DNA of 36,546 nt from Acidobacteriota bacterium (lineage in GTDB: Bacteria > Acidobacteriota > Thermoanaerobaculia > Multivoradales > UBA5704): contig JBDTZG010000054.1 of the NCBI GenBank assembly GCA_040005235.1, positions 1 to 36,546 on the forward strand, written 5' to 3'. The position numbers and the translations under genes are program-made. Below, one piece after another: positions 35,017 to 36,546 of this stretch; within the stretch, counting starts at the first letter, position 1, and the number at the start of each line of letters is the position of its first letter. The notes under the pieces were generated by a model that was not told the origin of the DNA, did not search any database, and saw only the letters and a list, made by a program, of their open reading frames with translations.

Positions 35017-36546
35017 TCACTCGACGCGATTGGCTCCGCCGGACCGCCATCTTTACCGGCGCCACCCTCGCCGCCCTCCGCGGCCGGGCGGAGGCGCAGA
35101 CTCCCCCCGATCCGCATGCGGGACACGACATGCACGGGATGCCCGGAATGCCCGGCATGAAGGACAAGCCCGCGCCCGCCGCGCCGGCCACGAAACAACC
35201 CCCGAACCCTCACGCCGGGCACGACATGGGGGCCATGCAGGGAATGGCGCCGAAGCCTTCCGTCGCTCCTCCCTCGCCGCCCGCACCCACCCGCGACGAG
35301 GTGAGGCGGCTGCGCCGCGAGCTGGGCTACACCCCGGTGACGACGCCGAATGGCCGTTCGCTTCCCTGGGTGATGAAGGATGGCGTCAAGGAGTTTCACC
35401 TGATCGCCGAGCCGGTGCTGGCCGAATTCGCGCCCGGCATGATGGTGAACGCCTGGGGCTACAACGGCTCCACCCCGGGACCGACGATCGAGGCGGTCGA
35501 AGGAGACCGCGTTCGCATCCTGGTGACCAACCGGCTGCCGGAGGCCACCTCCGTACATTGGCACGGGATCCTGCTGCCGGCCGGGATGGACGGCGTGTCG
35601 GGGCTCAATCAGCCGCGCATCAAACCAGGCGAAACGTACGCTTACGAATTCACCCTCCGCCAGTGGGGCACCCAGCTCTACCATCCCCACGCGGACGAGA
35701 TGGTGCAGATGGCGCTCGGCATGATGGGCTTTTTCGTCATTCACCCGAAGAAGCCTGAAAATCCGCCGACCGACCGCGATTTCTGCATCTTCCCGCACAT
35801 GTGGGCGATCGATCCCGACACCGCGACGCCGAACCCGGCGGTGATGCTGGATTTCAACCTGTTCACGTTCAACGGCCGCGTCTGGCCGGGCACCGAGCCG
35901 ATGATCTGCCGCTTGAACGACCGGGTACGGATTCGGATCGCGAACCTGTCGATGACCAGTCATCCGTTGCACATTCACGGCGTCCGTTTCTGGGTGACAC
36001 AGACCGACGGCGGGCCGATCCCCAAAAACGCCTGGTGGCCCGAAACGTCGGTGAACGTGGCCCCAGGGCAGACCCGCGCGGTCGAATTCGTCTCCGACAA
36101 TCCCGGCGATTGGATCTTCCACTGCCACAAGACGCACCACGCGATGAACGCGATGGGGCACAAGATCCCGAATGTCTTGGGGGTCGATACCCGCGGCGTG
36201 TCGGAGCAGATCGAACGTCTGGTCTCCGGCTACATGACCATGGGAACGACCGGCATGTCCGAGCACGCCCAGCACCAGCAGCACATGGCGAGCCTGCCGA
36301 ACACGCTGCCGATGATGACCGGGCAAGGCCCGTTCGGCCCGATTGAAATGGGCGGCATGTTCACCCTGGTGAAGGTGCGCGAGGGCCTGAACAGCTACGC
36401 CGATCCGGGCTGGTACGACTATCCGGAAGGGACCCTGGCCCGGAAGGTGGCGACTCCCGACGGGATGAAGACCGAACCGGTTGCCGATCCGATGGAGGGC
36501 ATGGAGGGCATGGAGGGCATGGAGGGCATGGAGGGCATGGAGGGCA
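35013..36546 (+). CDS. Tat-exported two-domain multicopper oxidase (copper oxidase), 3'-truncated by the window end
   Basis: Not in the ORF track (no stop). My translation from ATG 35013: MITRRDWL Tat signal, His/Met-rich PHAGHDM x2, WGYNGSTPGPTIEAVEGD, SVHWHG, YHPH, HPLHIHG, WIFHCHKTHHAMNAM, MGGMFTLVKVR, ending (MEG)n. Confidence 0.93.
   Translation, partial: MITRRDWLRRTAIFTGATLAALRGRAEAQTPPDPHAGHDMHGMPGMPGMKDKPAPAAPATKQPPNPHAGHDMGAMQGMAPKPSVAPPSPPAPTRDEVRRLRRELGYTPVTTPNGRSLPWVMKDGVKEFHLIAEPVLAEFAPGMMVNAWGYNGSTPGPTIEAVEGDRVRILVTNRLPEATSVHWHGILLPAGMDGVSGLNQPRIKPGETYAYEFTLRQWGTQLYHPHADEMVQMALGMMGFFVIHPKKPENPPTDRDFCIFPHMWAIDPDTATPNPAVMLDFNLFTFNGRVWPGTEPMICRLNDRVRIRIANLSMTSHPLHIHGVRFWVTQTDGGPIPKNAWWPETSVNVAPGQTRAVEFVSDNPGDWIFHCHKTHHAMNAMGHKIPNVLGVDTRGVSEQIERLVSGYMTMGTTGMSEHAQHQQHMASLPNTLPMMTGQGPFGPIEMGGMFTLVKVREGLNSYADPGWYDYPEGTLARKVATPDGMKTEPVADPMEGMEGMEGMEGMEGMEG
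36492..36546 (+). repeat. Perfect 9-bp tandem repeat ATGGAGGGC x6+, in frame encoding (Met-Glu-Gly)n
   Basis: Six exact copies from 36492 to 36545, continuing off the window end; 36492-35013 is divisible by 3. Confidence 0.95.

Overview
This is a GC-rich (roughly two-thirds GC by eye) bacterial chromosomal window. Gene content and order (cinA-thpR-plsY-gpsA-guaA, futalosine-pathway mqnD, VPS10/BNR propeller proteins, kinase-TonB fusion, CHAT protein) suggest Acidobacteriota, possibly Thermoanaerobaculia; this is an inference. There are two housekeeping blocks: tatA/B-tatC and phoH-ybeY-corC-era-mqnD plus ctpA and a DHH phosphoesterase (1-8 kb), and cinA-thpR-plsY-gpsA-guaA (17-22 kb). They are interleaved with accessory genes for exported or envelope proteins. 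The window ends inside a copper-handling operon (TolC-family lipoprotein plus Tat-exported two-domain multicopper oxidase), which the ORF track misses because it has no stop codon. Best leads: (1) a secreted-type Cys/Met/His leader ORF ending RSPP...LRI whose RSPP codons and stop region are both complementary to the ribosome-binding site of the copper operon; (2) a translationally coupled uncharacterised nucleotidyltransferase plus 65-aa acidic protein, next to a truncated czcD-like start and about 300 bp of 20-bp-period non-coding repeats; (3) a 1415-aa propeller/Cys-rich/PKD protein ending in an 8-stranded outer-membrane barrel; (4) a Ser/Thr kinase-TM-TonB_C fusion coupled to a PEGA-OmpA lipoprotein; (5) repeated TANNNT boxes 6-11 nt before start codons. 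No rRNA, tRNA, CRISPR array, integrase or transposase was seen. All family calls are from motif recognition by eye, not database searches.
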